Assembly (NCBI RefSeq): GCF_056989645.1
Contig: NZ_CM168022.1
DNA length: 32,000 bases
Reading direction: 5' to 3' (one strand)
Shown here piece by piece: positions 9,265-17,959 of this stretch. The position numbers and the translations under genes are program-made. How positions within the stretch are numbered: the stretch's first letter is position 1; every line of letters begins with the position of its first letter. The notes under the pieces were generated by a model. It was not told the origin of the DNA. It did no database searches and saw only the letters and a program-made list of their open reading frames with translations.

Positions 9265-9941
9265 TAGAATCCAAGCCCCCCAACAAGACCAATAAGCCCA
9301 CCACCAATAGCCCCGGCGACATTACCTATACCCGGAACAACGGAACCAAGTTGCGCACCCGCTAAAGCGCCTGATGCCGCCCCACCAATACCACGCGCAA
9401 GACTGGATGGCTGCTGCGCCTGACCTGCACGAATAGCGCCAAGCCCCTGCAAGAGTTGCCCGGTATTATTGGCGTAGTTTTGCCCTGCTGTTGCCTGCCC
9501 TGATGCCGCATTCATCCCGACATTTAGCAGGTTTCCATAATTTTGCATTTGCCCACTAAGCCAATTGTTATAAAGCATGGGCGCAATGGAAGATAACTGG
9601 TTACTGGTAGCTGTTGAGCCAAGCCCCCCGGTAGCTTCTGCTGAGACAAGGTTCTGATAACGGGCCTGATCTGCCTGTGTTTTATATAAACCAGAACCAA
9701 AGAAATCATTCGCGGCTTTATTCTGCCCTTCCAGAGTCATCAGTCCTTGTAGTTGTTGTAAAGCAGGCAATCCGACTTCTGCATACGGCTTGAGATTATT
9801 CATCACCGTATTCCACTGCTCGCGCTGCAAATCAATTGCCTGCTGCTGGGCCTTCGCCTGAGCTTTAGAGGCACCACCATCACCGCCTTTTTCGTATACG
9901 GCACGATTGAGATGTTTATGAGCTATGTGGGTAATTAACAT
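9264..9941 (-). CDS. P22 gp7-like DNA transfer/ejection protein
   Basis: 225 aa with an N-terminal YEKGGDGGASKAQAKAQQQA segment and a Gly-rich C-terminus (GGAASGALAGAQLGSVVPGIGNVAGAIGGGLIGLVGGL), as in P22 gp7. Confidence 0.8.
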   Translation of the reverse strand: MLITHIAHKHLNRAVYEKGGDGGASKAQAKAQQQAIDLQREQWNTVMNNLKPYAEVGLPALQQLQGLMTLEGQNKAANDFFGSGLYKTQADQARYQNLVSAEATGGLGSTATSNQLSSIAPMLYNNWLSGQMQNYGNLLNVGMNAASGQATAGQNYANNTGQLLQGLGAIRAGQAQQPSSLARGIGGAASGALAGAQLGSVVPGIGNVAGAIGGGLIGLVGGLGF

Positions 9942-10396
9942 TCGCTGAATTCCTTATATTGTTGCCGAGTTAACTGATAAAGCGTTACGCCGACGGGTTT
10001 ACCACATCTGATATAAGCATCATCAAGGTGACCAACACGGGTAGCGCCAAGCAAACGGATAATTGCCCGTCCGTATTTGGTGGTGTCAGGAACCATGGTA
10101 ATGCTGTTAAGGAATGGTGAGTTTTCGAGAAGCCATTTGCAGAATAATCGATGCCCTTGCAGTGCATATTCACCACGGAATCCGGGGTCGTACACCGCAT
10201 GGCATTCAACAATGCTATGCCAGAAGTTACGCACTTCATGAACGCCAGCCAGCACCAATCCTTCGTAGATGCCGAGATATACCGCATCAGGCTTGATGTA
10301 GTACGTGTGCCCCGGCTCAACAATATTTTCGGTATTGCCTGGCTCGTTAAGAAAGGCCTGTAATCGCACAGGGTTATCAATAAATTTTAGTTCCAT
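9935..10396 (-). CDS. P22 gp14-like head/ejection accessory protein
   Basis: 153 aa, GNTENIVEPGHTYYIKPDAVYLGIYEGLVLAGVHEVRNFWHSIVECHAVYDPGFRGEYA; position directly before the gp7-like gene as in P22. Confidence 0.7.
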   Translation of the reverse strand: MELKFIDNPVRLQAFLNEPGNTENIVEPGHTYYIKPDAVYLGIYEGLVLAGVHEVRNFWHSIVECHAVYDPGFRGEYALQGHRLFCKWLLENSPFLNSITMVPDTTKYGRAIIRLLGATRVGHLDDAYIRCGKPVGVTLYQLTRQQYKEFSEC

Positions 10397-10412
10397 GCGA
10401 TGCCATCCATTT

Positions 10413-10574
10413 TCACATACAGCCTGCCAGCGCCTTATCTATTAACCCTCGTGCAATTTCATGCAGAGTTGGCGCTACTCCAATTCCTGATTTTTTACGC
10501 TGCTCTTCCTGAATTTTCTTTATCGCTTCCATTTGCTTCTCACTTATCAATACCGGCTTTACTGAAATAGCCAT
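10413..10574 (-). CDS. Small ribbon-helix-helix-like protein, not in supplied ORF track
   Basis: Translated by hand: MAISVKPVLISEKQMEAIKKIQEEQRKKSGIGVAPTLHEIARGLIDKALAGCM (53 aa). ATG at 10574-10572, stop at 10415-10413, 16 nt before the gp14-like start. Confidence 0.6.
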   Translation of the reverse strand: MAISVKPVLISEKQMEAIKKIQEEQRKKSGIGVAPTLHEIARGLIDKALAGCM

Positions 10575-10587
10575 AACGCCCCCTTAG

Positions 10588-10613
10588 AACTGTATAAAAC
10601 AACAGTTATTATA
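10588..10613 (-). promoter_or_regulatory. Candidate -10 box and adjacent operator for the RHH/ejection operon
   Basis: Inverted repeat AACTGT-N8-ACAGTT (10588-10607) next to minus-strand TATAAT (10613-10608), immediately upstream of the 53-aa gene. Confidence 0.45.
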
Positions 10614-10895
10614 GTTTCACAAATCGCAATATTCATCATAGTAATTGCAAAATATGAAACAAATAGCACAAAAAAATGCCACCGCTCAGTAGCTGGTGGC
10701 ATCGTTCTGTGTGTCAGGTTTTGACAGGTTTTTTATGGACTCTAAAAACTATATTTATGGTGTCGCATTACTCTTCACGGCAGGCGCTTTTCAGTTCTGC
10801 CCTTGCTTCTGGCTCCATTGGTAATTTGATTCGCGATCAGCTATGCGGATGGTTTGCTGAACAGGCATAACAACTTCTCAGAGGCTGTTTTTTGA

Positions 10896-10972
10896 ACTAC
10901 GAAAATTTCGTAGTGCTCACTTTCAAAAACGTCACGCCCTTGTACACAGGATTTTACGAAAGTCTCGTAAAA
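10896..10972. repeat. Two dyads beside iteron array B
   Basis: ACTACGAAA-a-TTTCGTAGT (10896-10914) and TTTTACGA-aagtc-TCGTAAAA (10952-10972). Confidence 0.7.
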
Positions 10973-11022
10973 CACTCTCTGATGCCAGCCAGGTGTTGTG
11001 CGCATCAATTCAGTCACATTGT

Positions 11023-11133
11023 GTTGGTTCAAAATACCGTGTTGTTGGTTCAGTGTTGGTTCAATAAAAAGAATAAAATCCTTATAAAACAATACACTTT
11101 ACAAATTGAACCAACTGAACCAACTGAACCAAC
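11023..11133. repeat. Iteron array B (candidate ori/crr)
   Basis: GTTGGTTCA at 11023-11031, 11044-11052 and 11055-11063; 43-bp AT-rich spacer; TGAACCAAC at 11107-11115, 11116-11124 and 11125-11133. Confidence 0.85.
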
Positions 11134-11158
11134 ACCTTTTCTACGCACATGAAGAAGC

Positions 11159-13918
11159 TCATTCTTCAGATGAGTTATAATCTCCTGGCTGGTAATTGAG
11201 TACATAAACGTTTATTTGTCGTCCCTGAATACGTGGTGATTTTCTTTGGTATCCACGACCGCTGTTTGGTGGGGTTAGCATCCCGGCTTTTTTCAACACT
11301 TCAGCAAACTGTTTTGCGTTGAAACCACATGCGATCTCCTTTTCAAATGTGGCCGGGAATGTGTAGAAAATCATTGGGCTTTCGTCATGTTCTCCACGCT
11401 GACGGTATCCGGCTAAATCTTTGATGGGCAAATCTGCCGGGCTGTATGGAAATGGTGCAAAACGGCTAAGCCCATAGGCATTAAGAAATGCCTCCGTTTG
11501 TTCAATAATCTGCTGATGCTCTTTGTTACCTGTGCCGAACTCGCGCAACCATGCGTTATAGCTGTGCTGTATCGCATCACGGCATGTCTGAGCATCCCAG
11601 CCTGTTACAACCTCGCCTAACAACAATGCGGCCTCTAGAATGGCAAATCGCGCGGCTACACGGTGAACCTGCTCACCATAATCGGATGGGATCAGGCTTC
11701 TCCATCTGCTTTCGCAATCACGAACGGTTTTAATAGCCTGTTGCTGGTGGTGTGCCAGCCATTTAATCCACTCACGCCCGGACGCGCCGTGGTGATGCTG
11801 GTAAGCGTCTTTCAGTGCGTCTGCGTGCTGTTTTCCGTTCTGGTAATCGTGAAAGCGTACTGCTTTACTCAACGGAATATTCAGCAGTCGCACCAGTTGC
11901 CCGGCTTTGGTTTTTCGCCCGGAAGTAGCGATAAATGTTTCTAAATCCATTTCTCCGGTGCTGATTGCCACTGTACGCCAGCGTTTTAGATCCCGGTTTC
12001 CACCATCTTTAGCGCCTTGCAGTTTCCCTACACCGTTAAATAACGCATAGGCAGACTGTGAAACGCTGACAGGATCAGCGCCCTGACCAACTTCATCAAG
12101 CGGCATTAGTCCGTCATTGTGGGCGGCGGCCTCATTTGCCAGCCCCAGCGCGGTTCCGTACCACGTCAGCCGCAGTAAATCAGGGTTGCCGTATAAGCTG
12201 CTCGCCACGTTTGCCGTGGTGGTCTTACCTGCGCTCGACTGCTCATAGAAATGAATGCCGAACCCGTCAGCGCCCACCAGCCCAATCAATGGCGCTGCCA
12301 GTGCTGCGCCGATCCCGGTCATCATTGAATAGTTACCAAAGGCCAGACGCGCCACGTTATCACGCCAGCTTTTCGCGCTCCCTGAGACGGTATATCCGGC
12401 TGCGGCTGAGCTTCTCCCGCTGAACAGCACAGGATTTTCAGGTGTTCCGATGATTTCCCCATCAGGCATGATGTACGCTCCGCATTGCCAGCCAGTGGCA
12501 TGAGCAACACGCCACAATTCACGAGAGCCACTGCGTTGTAGCCAGTCTGCCAGTATTGCTCTGAGGCTGCTTTTGGTCGTGACATTTACCCCACCAGCTT
12601 TAAGTGTGCGCCATCCTTCACGTTCACCAATATCAGCCAGTGGAATGGCAGCGGTTGTCGGCGTTTCAGAACCAAACGACAGCCAGCGAAGAATGAGATA
12701 CTGGTCTTTATCGTCTCTGCCAGTACCGATAACGCTTAACGGAGAACATAACCAGCTTTCGTTATTGATGATTTCTCCACTCTGGCTGTCAGCTCTCGGA
12801 GATACCCAATAAATACCATCCTCGCGGCTTTCTATTCTTGGTTTCAGTGGGTCGGTATCCATAACCTTAAAATCGCTTCCCTCAATGGTCTGTGGCTCCT
12901 GTTTCACGCCATTACCCTGTGGTTGGTACATTGACTTATTGAACGCTTCTGTGGCGCATTTAATGCCGTGTTTTTGGTGGTAATCATTCCAGTCTGCTTT
13001 GTGATCTGTCGGGGGTAATGCCACCCATCCAGAAACAGATAAAGCTGCTTTTTCTGCTGCTATTCTCCCCGTGTTTTGTCTTCCTTCGCTGTGGTCGTTA
13101 TCCGCAGCAATGATGATTTGTGCTGAAGGAAATTTATCCCGCAGTACCTGGGCGACATATAACAGGTTCCCGGCATCAATCGCCGCCACTGTCAGCGCCT
13201 CTGGACGAATTAAATGGGCAGATAATGCCGTTGCCAGACCTTCTGCGATTAAGATGCTCTGTGTTGTTTCTGGTGCGTTTATGGCGTGATATGCCCCCCG
13301 CTTTGCTGAACCTGTCAGGAGTCTTTTTTCACCATGTGAGGTAATAGTCTGTGCTGCTGTTACTGCGCCGGATTTATCCACCAGCGCCAGCAACAGAGAT
13401 CCATCGGGCAACACGGGGAATGTAAAATCACCTACCCCTTTCGCAACCAGATAATCAGATTTGCCGTTTACAGCCTTTCTGCGCATGTCATCAAACTGAC
13501 GGGAAAACGTATCCCGTCTTTGTTGTTCGTCCTTCTCTGCCCTTTTCAGGCGCTCCTGTTCGCGTCGCTGGCGCTCGGTTTCCAGTTGTTCCCGTTTCTG
13601 GCTGGTGGCTTCTGGTGTTTCCGTTGTCCGGTAATCAATACCCAGAACATCAGCGGCAAGAAGCGCCGCCTCTGTTGTGTCGCAGTTATTTACGCGTTTA
13701 ATTAAATCCAGCCCATCACCAGCGCCGCACTGATTACAGATGAAGCTACCGCGCCCGTTGTCATCGAACCGGAATCGATCTTTGCCCCCACATGCAGGGC
13801 AGGGAGCATGACGGCGCGGAGAGTCAGGGACATTTATGTTCAGGCAGCCCAGCACATGAGGCCAGTTGTTTTCAGACGCACTGATAACCTGACGGATAAG
13901 ATCAATGTTTCGCATCAC
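11159..13918 (-). CDS. Large primase/helicase-type replication protein (P4-type zinc-binding + Toprim + DUF927-like helicase)
   Basis: 919 aa: CPACGGKDRFRFDDNGRGSFICNQCGAGDG (P4-type primase Zn finger), ILIAEGLATALSAHL and QIIIAADND (Toprim), HFYEQSSAGKTTTANVASSLYG (Walker A), LMPLDEVGQ (Walker B-like). Confidence 0.9.
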   Translation of the reverse strand: MMRNIDLIRQVISASENNWPHVLGCLNINVPDSPRRHAPCPACGGKDRFRFDDNGRGSFICNQCGAGDGLDLIKRVNNCDTTEAALLAADVLGIDYRTTETPEATSQKREQLETERQRREQERLKRAEKDEQQRRDTFSRQFDDMRRKAVNGKSDYLVAKGVGDFTFPVLPDGSLLLALVDKSGAVTAAQTITSHGEKRLLTGSAKRGAYHAINAPETTQSILIAEGLATALSAHLIRPEALTVAAIDAGNLLYVAQVLRDKFPSAQIIIAADNDHSEGRQNTGRIAAEKAALSVSGWVALPPTDHKADWNDYHQKHGIKCATEAFNKSMYQPQGNGVKQEPQTIEGSDFKVMDTDPLKPRIESREDGIYWVSPRADSQSGEIINNESWLCSPLSVIGTGRDDKDQYLILRWLSFGSETPTTAAIPLADIGEREGWRTLKAGGVNVTTKSSLRAILADWLQRSGSRELWRVAHATGWQCGAYIMPDGEIIGTPENPVLFSGRSSAAAGYTVSGSAKSWRDNVARLAFGNYSMMTGIGAALAAPLIGLVGADGFGIHFYEQSSAGKTTTANVASSLYGNPDLLRLTWYGTALGLANEAAAHNDGLMPLDEVGQGADPVSVSQSAYALFNGVGKLQGAKDGGNRDLKRWRTVAISTGEMDLETFIATSGRKTKAGQLVRLLNIPLSKAVRFHDYQNGKQHADALKDAYQHHHGASGREWIKWLAHHQQQAIKTVRDCESRWRSLIPSDYGEQVHRVAARFAILEAALLLGEVVTGWDAQTCRDAIQHSYNAWLREFGTGNKEHQQIIEQTEAFLNAYGLSRFAPFPYSPADLPIKDLAGYRQRGEHDESPMIFYTFPATFEKEIACGFNAKQFAEVLKKAGMLTPPNSGRGYQRKSPRIQGRQINVYVLNYQPGDYNSSEE

Positions 13919-14273
13919 CGTACCCCACGTGGTCTATAGCGTTTGCGATATGGCTAACCAGCATCTGCCACTTGGTTATTCCGTAATCAGTCAGCATGCC
14001 ATCATTGTTTAGCCACATATCAAATTCAGCGGTTGTCGCAAGTTTCCACTTATCGCCGTGGACAGTCCTCATTGCTGGGTACATGAATGCGCAAATCAGA
14101 TCACAAACATCTGACGGCTTCAGAGATGTAGTAATGGTGCGTCCCTCTGGCGTCTGAATTACCATTTTCTCTTCACCAGTAGAATGAAGGTTATGAATCC
14201 ACACAGCACCAGCAATCTTTGCCACCTGCTCTCCGATTGCGGAGCTAAGCGCCATTTCTGCATTTTCACGCAT
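13902..14273 (-). CDS. Hypothetical protein
   Basis: 123 aa, overlaps the primase start and the preceding ORF; coupled operon layout. Confidence 0.55.
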   Translation of the reverse strand: MRENAEMALSSAIGEQVAKIAGAVWIHNLHSTGEEKMVIQTPEGRTITTSLKPSDVCDLICAFMYPAMRTVHGDKWKLATTAEFDMWLNNDGMLTDYGITKWQMLVSHIANAIDHVGYGDAKH

Positions 14274-14607
14274 GAGAACCTCCCGCTACAGTTGCGCCCA
14301 TGTCATTAACCATGCTTTGCCATATCTCACGCCCGACGTCAGTCAATCCGTCCTTAGTGACGCAACGTTCAAGAAGCTCGATCCCCACGGTTTCCCACTG
14401 CGGGTAGAACACTTTCATGGCTGCCAGTGTGTAGCTATCGATCAGGCTGCGAACGCCTTTTACTCCATTGACGATTTCCACACGGACGGCCTCGCCGTCC
14501 GCATCAACCATGAAATAGTCCCCGCCGCTGGTGGAGGTAATGTGGTTATACAGTGCCGACGCATACTTATTTGCCAGCGCATTCAGTCGGAAATTTTTAG
14601 TAATCAT
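14266..14607 (-). CDS. Hypothetical protein
   Basis: 113 aa, tightly packed in the same direction. Confidence 0.55.
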   Translation of the reverse strand: MITKNFRLNALANKYASALYNHITSTSGGDYFMVDADGEAVRVEIVNGVKGVRSLIDSYTLAAMKVFYPQWETVGIELLERCVTKDGLTDVGREIWQSMVNDMGATVAGGSHA

Positions 14608-14617
14608 GGCTCCATCC

Positions 14618-15220
14618 TCAGTGCGTCACTGGTTCCGCTGGCATGCCGTTTTCATTCAGTTCAGCTATAAAGCTGTTGTGAAGTTCAGCAAGCGTTTCAC
14701 GACCAAATGGAGTCAGTGCTCCTTGTTCCACATCCATCATGGCTCTGTAGAAAATGATGGCGCGTTCTGTGCCAGACTCGATGCCAAAACGTTCTATCAT
14801 CGCGCCCTCAATGTTGTTTGCCATAGCGAGGCGCTCTGCTACTGGATACAGCGGCATGGCGACGATGCCGTTGGAATAAACAGCCACTTCGGAAGGATTG
14901 CCAGTATCATCAATGATGCTGACAGTGCCGTTTTCCTCTCTCATTTCCAGCATGAATACTGTTGCGATCAGCCATCTCCACATAATGACGTTATGCTGTG
15001 ATGTGTAATCGAAATATCCCTGGTTGCCGCCATCGGCAATAGCGAGATGTATTGACATACCTTCATCTGGTTTATCGTCATAATCCCCGGCATCCAGACG
15101 ATTTACGGCATCAATATATGAGATGGCCTCAACGCGTTCTGTCATGCCATCGTTGCTGCGGTACATGATGTTTACGCCGTCAGGCGTTGCTTCTGCATGG
15201 AAAGTTAAGAAATTATTCAT
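14618..15220 (-). CDS. Hypothetical protein
   Basis: Likely start MNNFLTFHAEATPDGVNIMYRS near 15220, overlapping the preceding gene's stop. Confidence 0.55.
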   Translation of the reverse strand: MNNFLTFHAEATPDGVNIMYRSNDGMTERVEAISYIDAVNRLDAGDYDDKPDEGMSIHLAIADGGNQGYFDYTSQHNVIMWRWLIATVFMLEMREENGTVSIIDDTGNPSEVAVYSNGIVAMPLYPVAERLAMANNIEGAMIERFGIESGTERAIIFYRAMMDVEQGALTPFGRETLAELHNSFIAELNENGMPAEPVTH

Positions 15221-15434
15221 GTTTCGCCTCGCCTGAATGATTCTGTAACTCATATTTGCCCAACAATTCGTCCGCTTCCTGAATAGCTTCTGGTACGCCA
15301 TTAAGCAGTGACATAACCGCGCCAATCATTAACTTGTCTCTGTTGCTGGGGCTGGCCCCTTCAAGCCAGAACCCTAAAACAGTCTGAACCTGTTCGATGC
15401 GACATTGCGCTTCAATGAGCTGGATGTTGGTCAT
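15213..15434 (-). CDS. Hypothetical protein
   Basis: 73 aa, overlapping both neighbours. Confidence 0.5.
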   Translation of the reverse strand: MTNIQLIEAQCRIEQVQTVLGFWLEGASPSNRDKLMIGAVMSLLNGVPEAIQEADELLGKYELQNHSGEAKHE

Positions 15435-15694
15435 TTCGCACTCTCCACATCGATTAAACCGATATCTATCAGGGAGGTAACTTTTTGTAGCCAGCTATTG
15501 ATTACTGTCGCCTGTTCCCCTCCCACCGAGGGAACAATCTCATTCATCACATGAACCAGACCTGTGCGCGCTCTGGTAAGCCGTTCAGTCGCGCAATCTG
15601 CGGGAGTGAATGTGTCTGGATATGGCTCTTCACGCCCCAGCAATGATTCAATTTCCAGCTCACACGGATGACGATAAATTAAGTTGATATTCAT
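15431..15694 (-). CDS. Hypothetical protein
   Basis: 87 aa, ATGA-type overlaps with neighbours. Confidence 0.5.
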   Translation of the reverse strand: MNINLIYRHPCELEIESLLGREEPYPDTFTPADCATERLTRARTGLVHVMNEIVPSVGGEQATVINSWLQKVTSLIDIGLIDVESAK

Positions 15695-15885
15695 TTTTCA
15701 CCCCCAAGAATTACCAGCTCGGCACGGGCATCGTTAACCAAAGATGAGCACGCTTTAATCGCATCCACGACATCAGCAGCGTCCATTTCTTCAGCCGAAA
15801 GACTGACAGCAACCAGGACAGCCGCTGCTTGCTCGATTAATTGAAGTGCGGACGTAAGGCGAGGGGTATTAATTGAGTTATTCAT
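15691..15885 (-). CDS. Hypothetical protein
   Basis: Start MNNSINTPRLTSALQLIEQAAAVLVAV at 15885 is more plausible than the longer track ORF. Confidence 0.5.
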   Translation of the reverse strand: MNNSINTPRLTSALQLIEQAAAVLVAVSLSAEEMDAADVVDAIKACSSLVNDARAELVILGGEK

Positions 15886-16096
15886 TGGTTGCCCCCGTTT
15901 TTCCTGGCATTTCGCCACCTTCCAGCAGGAAATGAACGTCACGAACGGCGAGATCCAATATCGCGAGTAACGCCTTCAGTCTTTCGTCTCGTGAGGGAGA
16001 GTTGCTCACCAGAATGTCGTTAATCACTTCTGTCAGTGTGATGATCTGGCTTGTGCGTTCGAGGGGATCCATATGCACATCGTAGGTTTTAATCAT
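15878..16096 (-). CDS. Hypothetical protein
   Basis: MIKTYDVHMDPLERTSQIITLTEVINDILVSNSPSRDERLKALLAIL, 72 aa; start overlaps the stop of the Ash/Icd-like ORF. The remainder of the 355-aa track ORF is judged spurious. Confidence 0.5.
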   Translation of the reverse strand: MIKTYDVHMDPLERTSQIITLTEVINDILVSNSPSRDERLKALLAILDLAVRDVHFLLEGGEMPGKTGATNE

Positions 16097-16307
16097 GAGC
16101 CACCTCCATGCGGATACGACCAGCAAAAAAGCAGACGTGATCGCGCACCAGAGAACGGCGAGCATCGCGTTCAGACTCGGCAGCAATATGATGAATTTTG
16201 GCGGTAATTGTCGGGCAATCGCGGCGAACTGCGGCGATAATCCAGATAAATTGCGGTTTTTGGGTAGGGGTAGTAGCCAGCATGTGGCAGCCTCCATTCG
16301 ATAGCAT
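16089..16307 (-). CDS. Ash/Icd-like family protein (P4-type)
   Basis: MLATTPTQKPQFIWIIAAVRRDCPTITAKIHHIAAESERDARRSLVRDHVCFFAGRI is the signature C-terminus of Ash/host cell division inhibitor Icd-like proteins in P4-like elements. Confidence 0.75.
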   Translation of the reverse strand: MLSNGGCHMLATTPTQKPQFIWIIAAVRRDCPTITAKIHHIAAESERDARRSLVRDHVCFFAGRIRMEVAHD

Positions 16308-16485
16308 GTAACGCTACCACCGGAAACGCCAATTTCGCTGGTGGTAGCCCAGACAGGGTTGGCGTAACCGGCTCGAATGGATACCGGCGCTTCCGAAGAA
16401 GCCCCTGCCTGAGCCACCATTGATTGACAAAGGCGCTGGATTATACACCAACGCCCAAAAAATGGGTGAGTCAGACCTACGACAT

Positions 16486-16600
16486 AAAAAAAGACGCTCG
16501 GCGCGTCATATGTCGCCATTCGATTTACCAGGACGCCAATCCCGGCACCCGTTTTATGAGGTGCCTTATAACCATAAACCGTGTTGCCGCATAACGGCAA
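16486..16600 (-). ncRNA. Candidate P4 CI-type structured regulatory RNA region ending in a terminator
   Basis: Minus strand: TTGCCG-N5-CGGCAA (16600-16584), GGCACC-N10-GGTGCC (16565-16544), then GACGC-gccga-GCGTC followed by TTTTTTT (16507-16486), upstream of the Ash-like gene. Confidence 0.4.
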
Positions 16601-16938
16601 GCTCTTTTTTATGGACTCCGAAAACTCGCTATTGGAAGCACCAGATGCACAGTACATCGCGCTCATTTCGTTAACGTCACGCGCGTGGACGAATGTTTTT
16701 GTGGAGTCACTACACGAGCGGAAGACATCATCTACGACCAGAAATTTTCTGGCGCAGCCGCTGACCTTCTCAATGCTAATATCATCGCCCGAGATTTCTG
16801 ATATGGTTAAGGCATCCGTTCCGACCACCAGCAAATGATAAACTTTGCTTGTATCTGCGGTATTAATGCCTGACTTTGCCGTCATATTGCTGGATTTTGG
16901 CGACATACCAGCCAGTGAAAATGTCTTCTTCTGGACGG

Positions 16939-17121
16939 TTAGCATTTGTTAACCTCCGCGAACTCCTTCATGAAACGCGCCAGCGGTTGTACGCATGGCG
17001 ATTGATACCCGTCGCGATAAAACGTCACTCGGTTGTGAGACACGCTTTCGACAGTAACGAGTGCTCCGTGGGCATCTTTGTAGCGTTTTTGTGGTTGTGG
17101 TGTTCCTGTTGGCTTAGACAT
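16939..17121 (-). CDS. DUF4222-like small phage protein
   Basis: MSKPTGTPQPQKRYKDAHGALVTVESVSHNRVTFYRDGYQSPCVQPLARFMKEFAEV. Confidence 0.6.
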   Translation of the reverse strand: MSKPTGTPQPQKRYKDAHGALVTVESVSHNRVTFYRDGYQSPCVQPLARFMKEFAEVNKC

Positions 17122-17947
17122 TGACCACCTCCAGACGCTTGGCGAGCCAGCGTTGCGACAGGCGGGTGAGTTCTCCTTTGCGCTGCTCATATTCCATGCC
17201 CATATCAATTAACGTGATATTGGTGCTTTCGAGATATGAGAGGTGCTCAAGCTGTTCTGCGTTCATATGGTCGCGAGGTTCGCCAGAATAGCCATTTATC
17301 CGCGCCCACTGCTTAGCAGTTAGCCCACCAAGAACGATACGAGAAATCATATTGCTCTCGTTTGTGTAGTGGTGTTGCTGCGTCGTTTTACCCATCTCGG
17401 CACGGGCCATATTCAGCGCATCGCACATTGGCTTAAAGTTGTTTGCGGCACTGAGACGGGCTTTTAGCTGGCGACGATAGCGGGCGGCGATTTCAGGCAC
17501 GCTACGCTGTAATTCTTCCTCGCACTGGATGAAATAACGGCGGATAGCGCGACCCTGATCATTGCGTTCGATCATTGCCAGTTCTTTCGCCATTCCGACA
17601 CTTAACAGATAGTCTTTGCCGGGTCTGCCAGAGTGCTTTATCTTGCTGTAAGCCGCGCCATTCGGGCTTTTCCCCAAATTTGGGGAAATTGTTTTATGGA
17701 CTGAGTAATCGTGCCCAATGGTGAAGTCATATTCAGAGATGCGATCAGTGATCCATGTAGAGAAGTCTTTTCCCACGCCCAACGCTTTGTGTAACGCTTT
17801 TGCGCTAACAATATTGGTTTCACGCCCACCGATATGACCAGGAATAACCGGGACAATTGCGGCAAATTCATTACCGTTAATTGTGCCCAGAGAGGCGTTC
17901 AGATGAGGGGCGGCCTCAGAAATTAATCTGCTTTTTTCGATGTTCAT
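17114..17947 (-). CDS. AntA/AntB-type phage antirepressor
   Basis: NIVSAKALHKALGVGKDFSTWITDRISEYDFTIGHDYSV and GRPGKDYLLSVGMAKELAMIERNDQGRAIRRYFIQCEEEL. Confidence 0.85.
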   Translation of the reverse strand: MNIEKSRLISEAAPHLNASLGTINGNEFAAIVPVIPGHIGGRETNIVSAKALHKALGVGKDFSTWITDRISEYDFTIGHDYSVHKTISPNLGKSPNGAAYSKIKHSGRPGKDYLLSVGMAKELAMIERNDQGRAIRRYFIQCEEELQRSVPEIAARYRRQLKARLSAANNFKPMCDALNMARAEMGKTTQQHHYTNESNMISRIVLGGLTAKQWARINGYSGEPRDHMNAEQLEHLSYLESTNITLIDMGMEYEQRKGELTRLSQRWLAKRLEVVNV

Positions 17948-17959
17948 TTTCAGTCTCCG

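Noticed and set aside
10892-11152. 86-aa plus ORF ending IEPTEPTEPTPFLRT
   Set aside because: The EPT repeats are simply the translated iterons; the DNA repeat structure explains the sequence better than a protein.
11413-13705. Several plus-strand ORFs of 60-95 aa
   Set aside because: All are antisense to the well supported primase/helicase gene and have no recognisable motifs.
15878-16945. 355-aa minus-strand ORF in the track
   Set aside because: It spans the candidate structured RNA and overlaps the Ash/Icd-like frame. Only the last 72 aa (15878-16096) look like a real gene; the upstream part is low-complexity in function and probably an open frame by chance.
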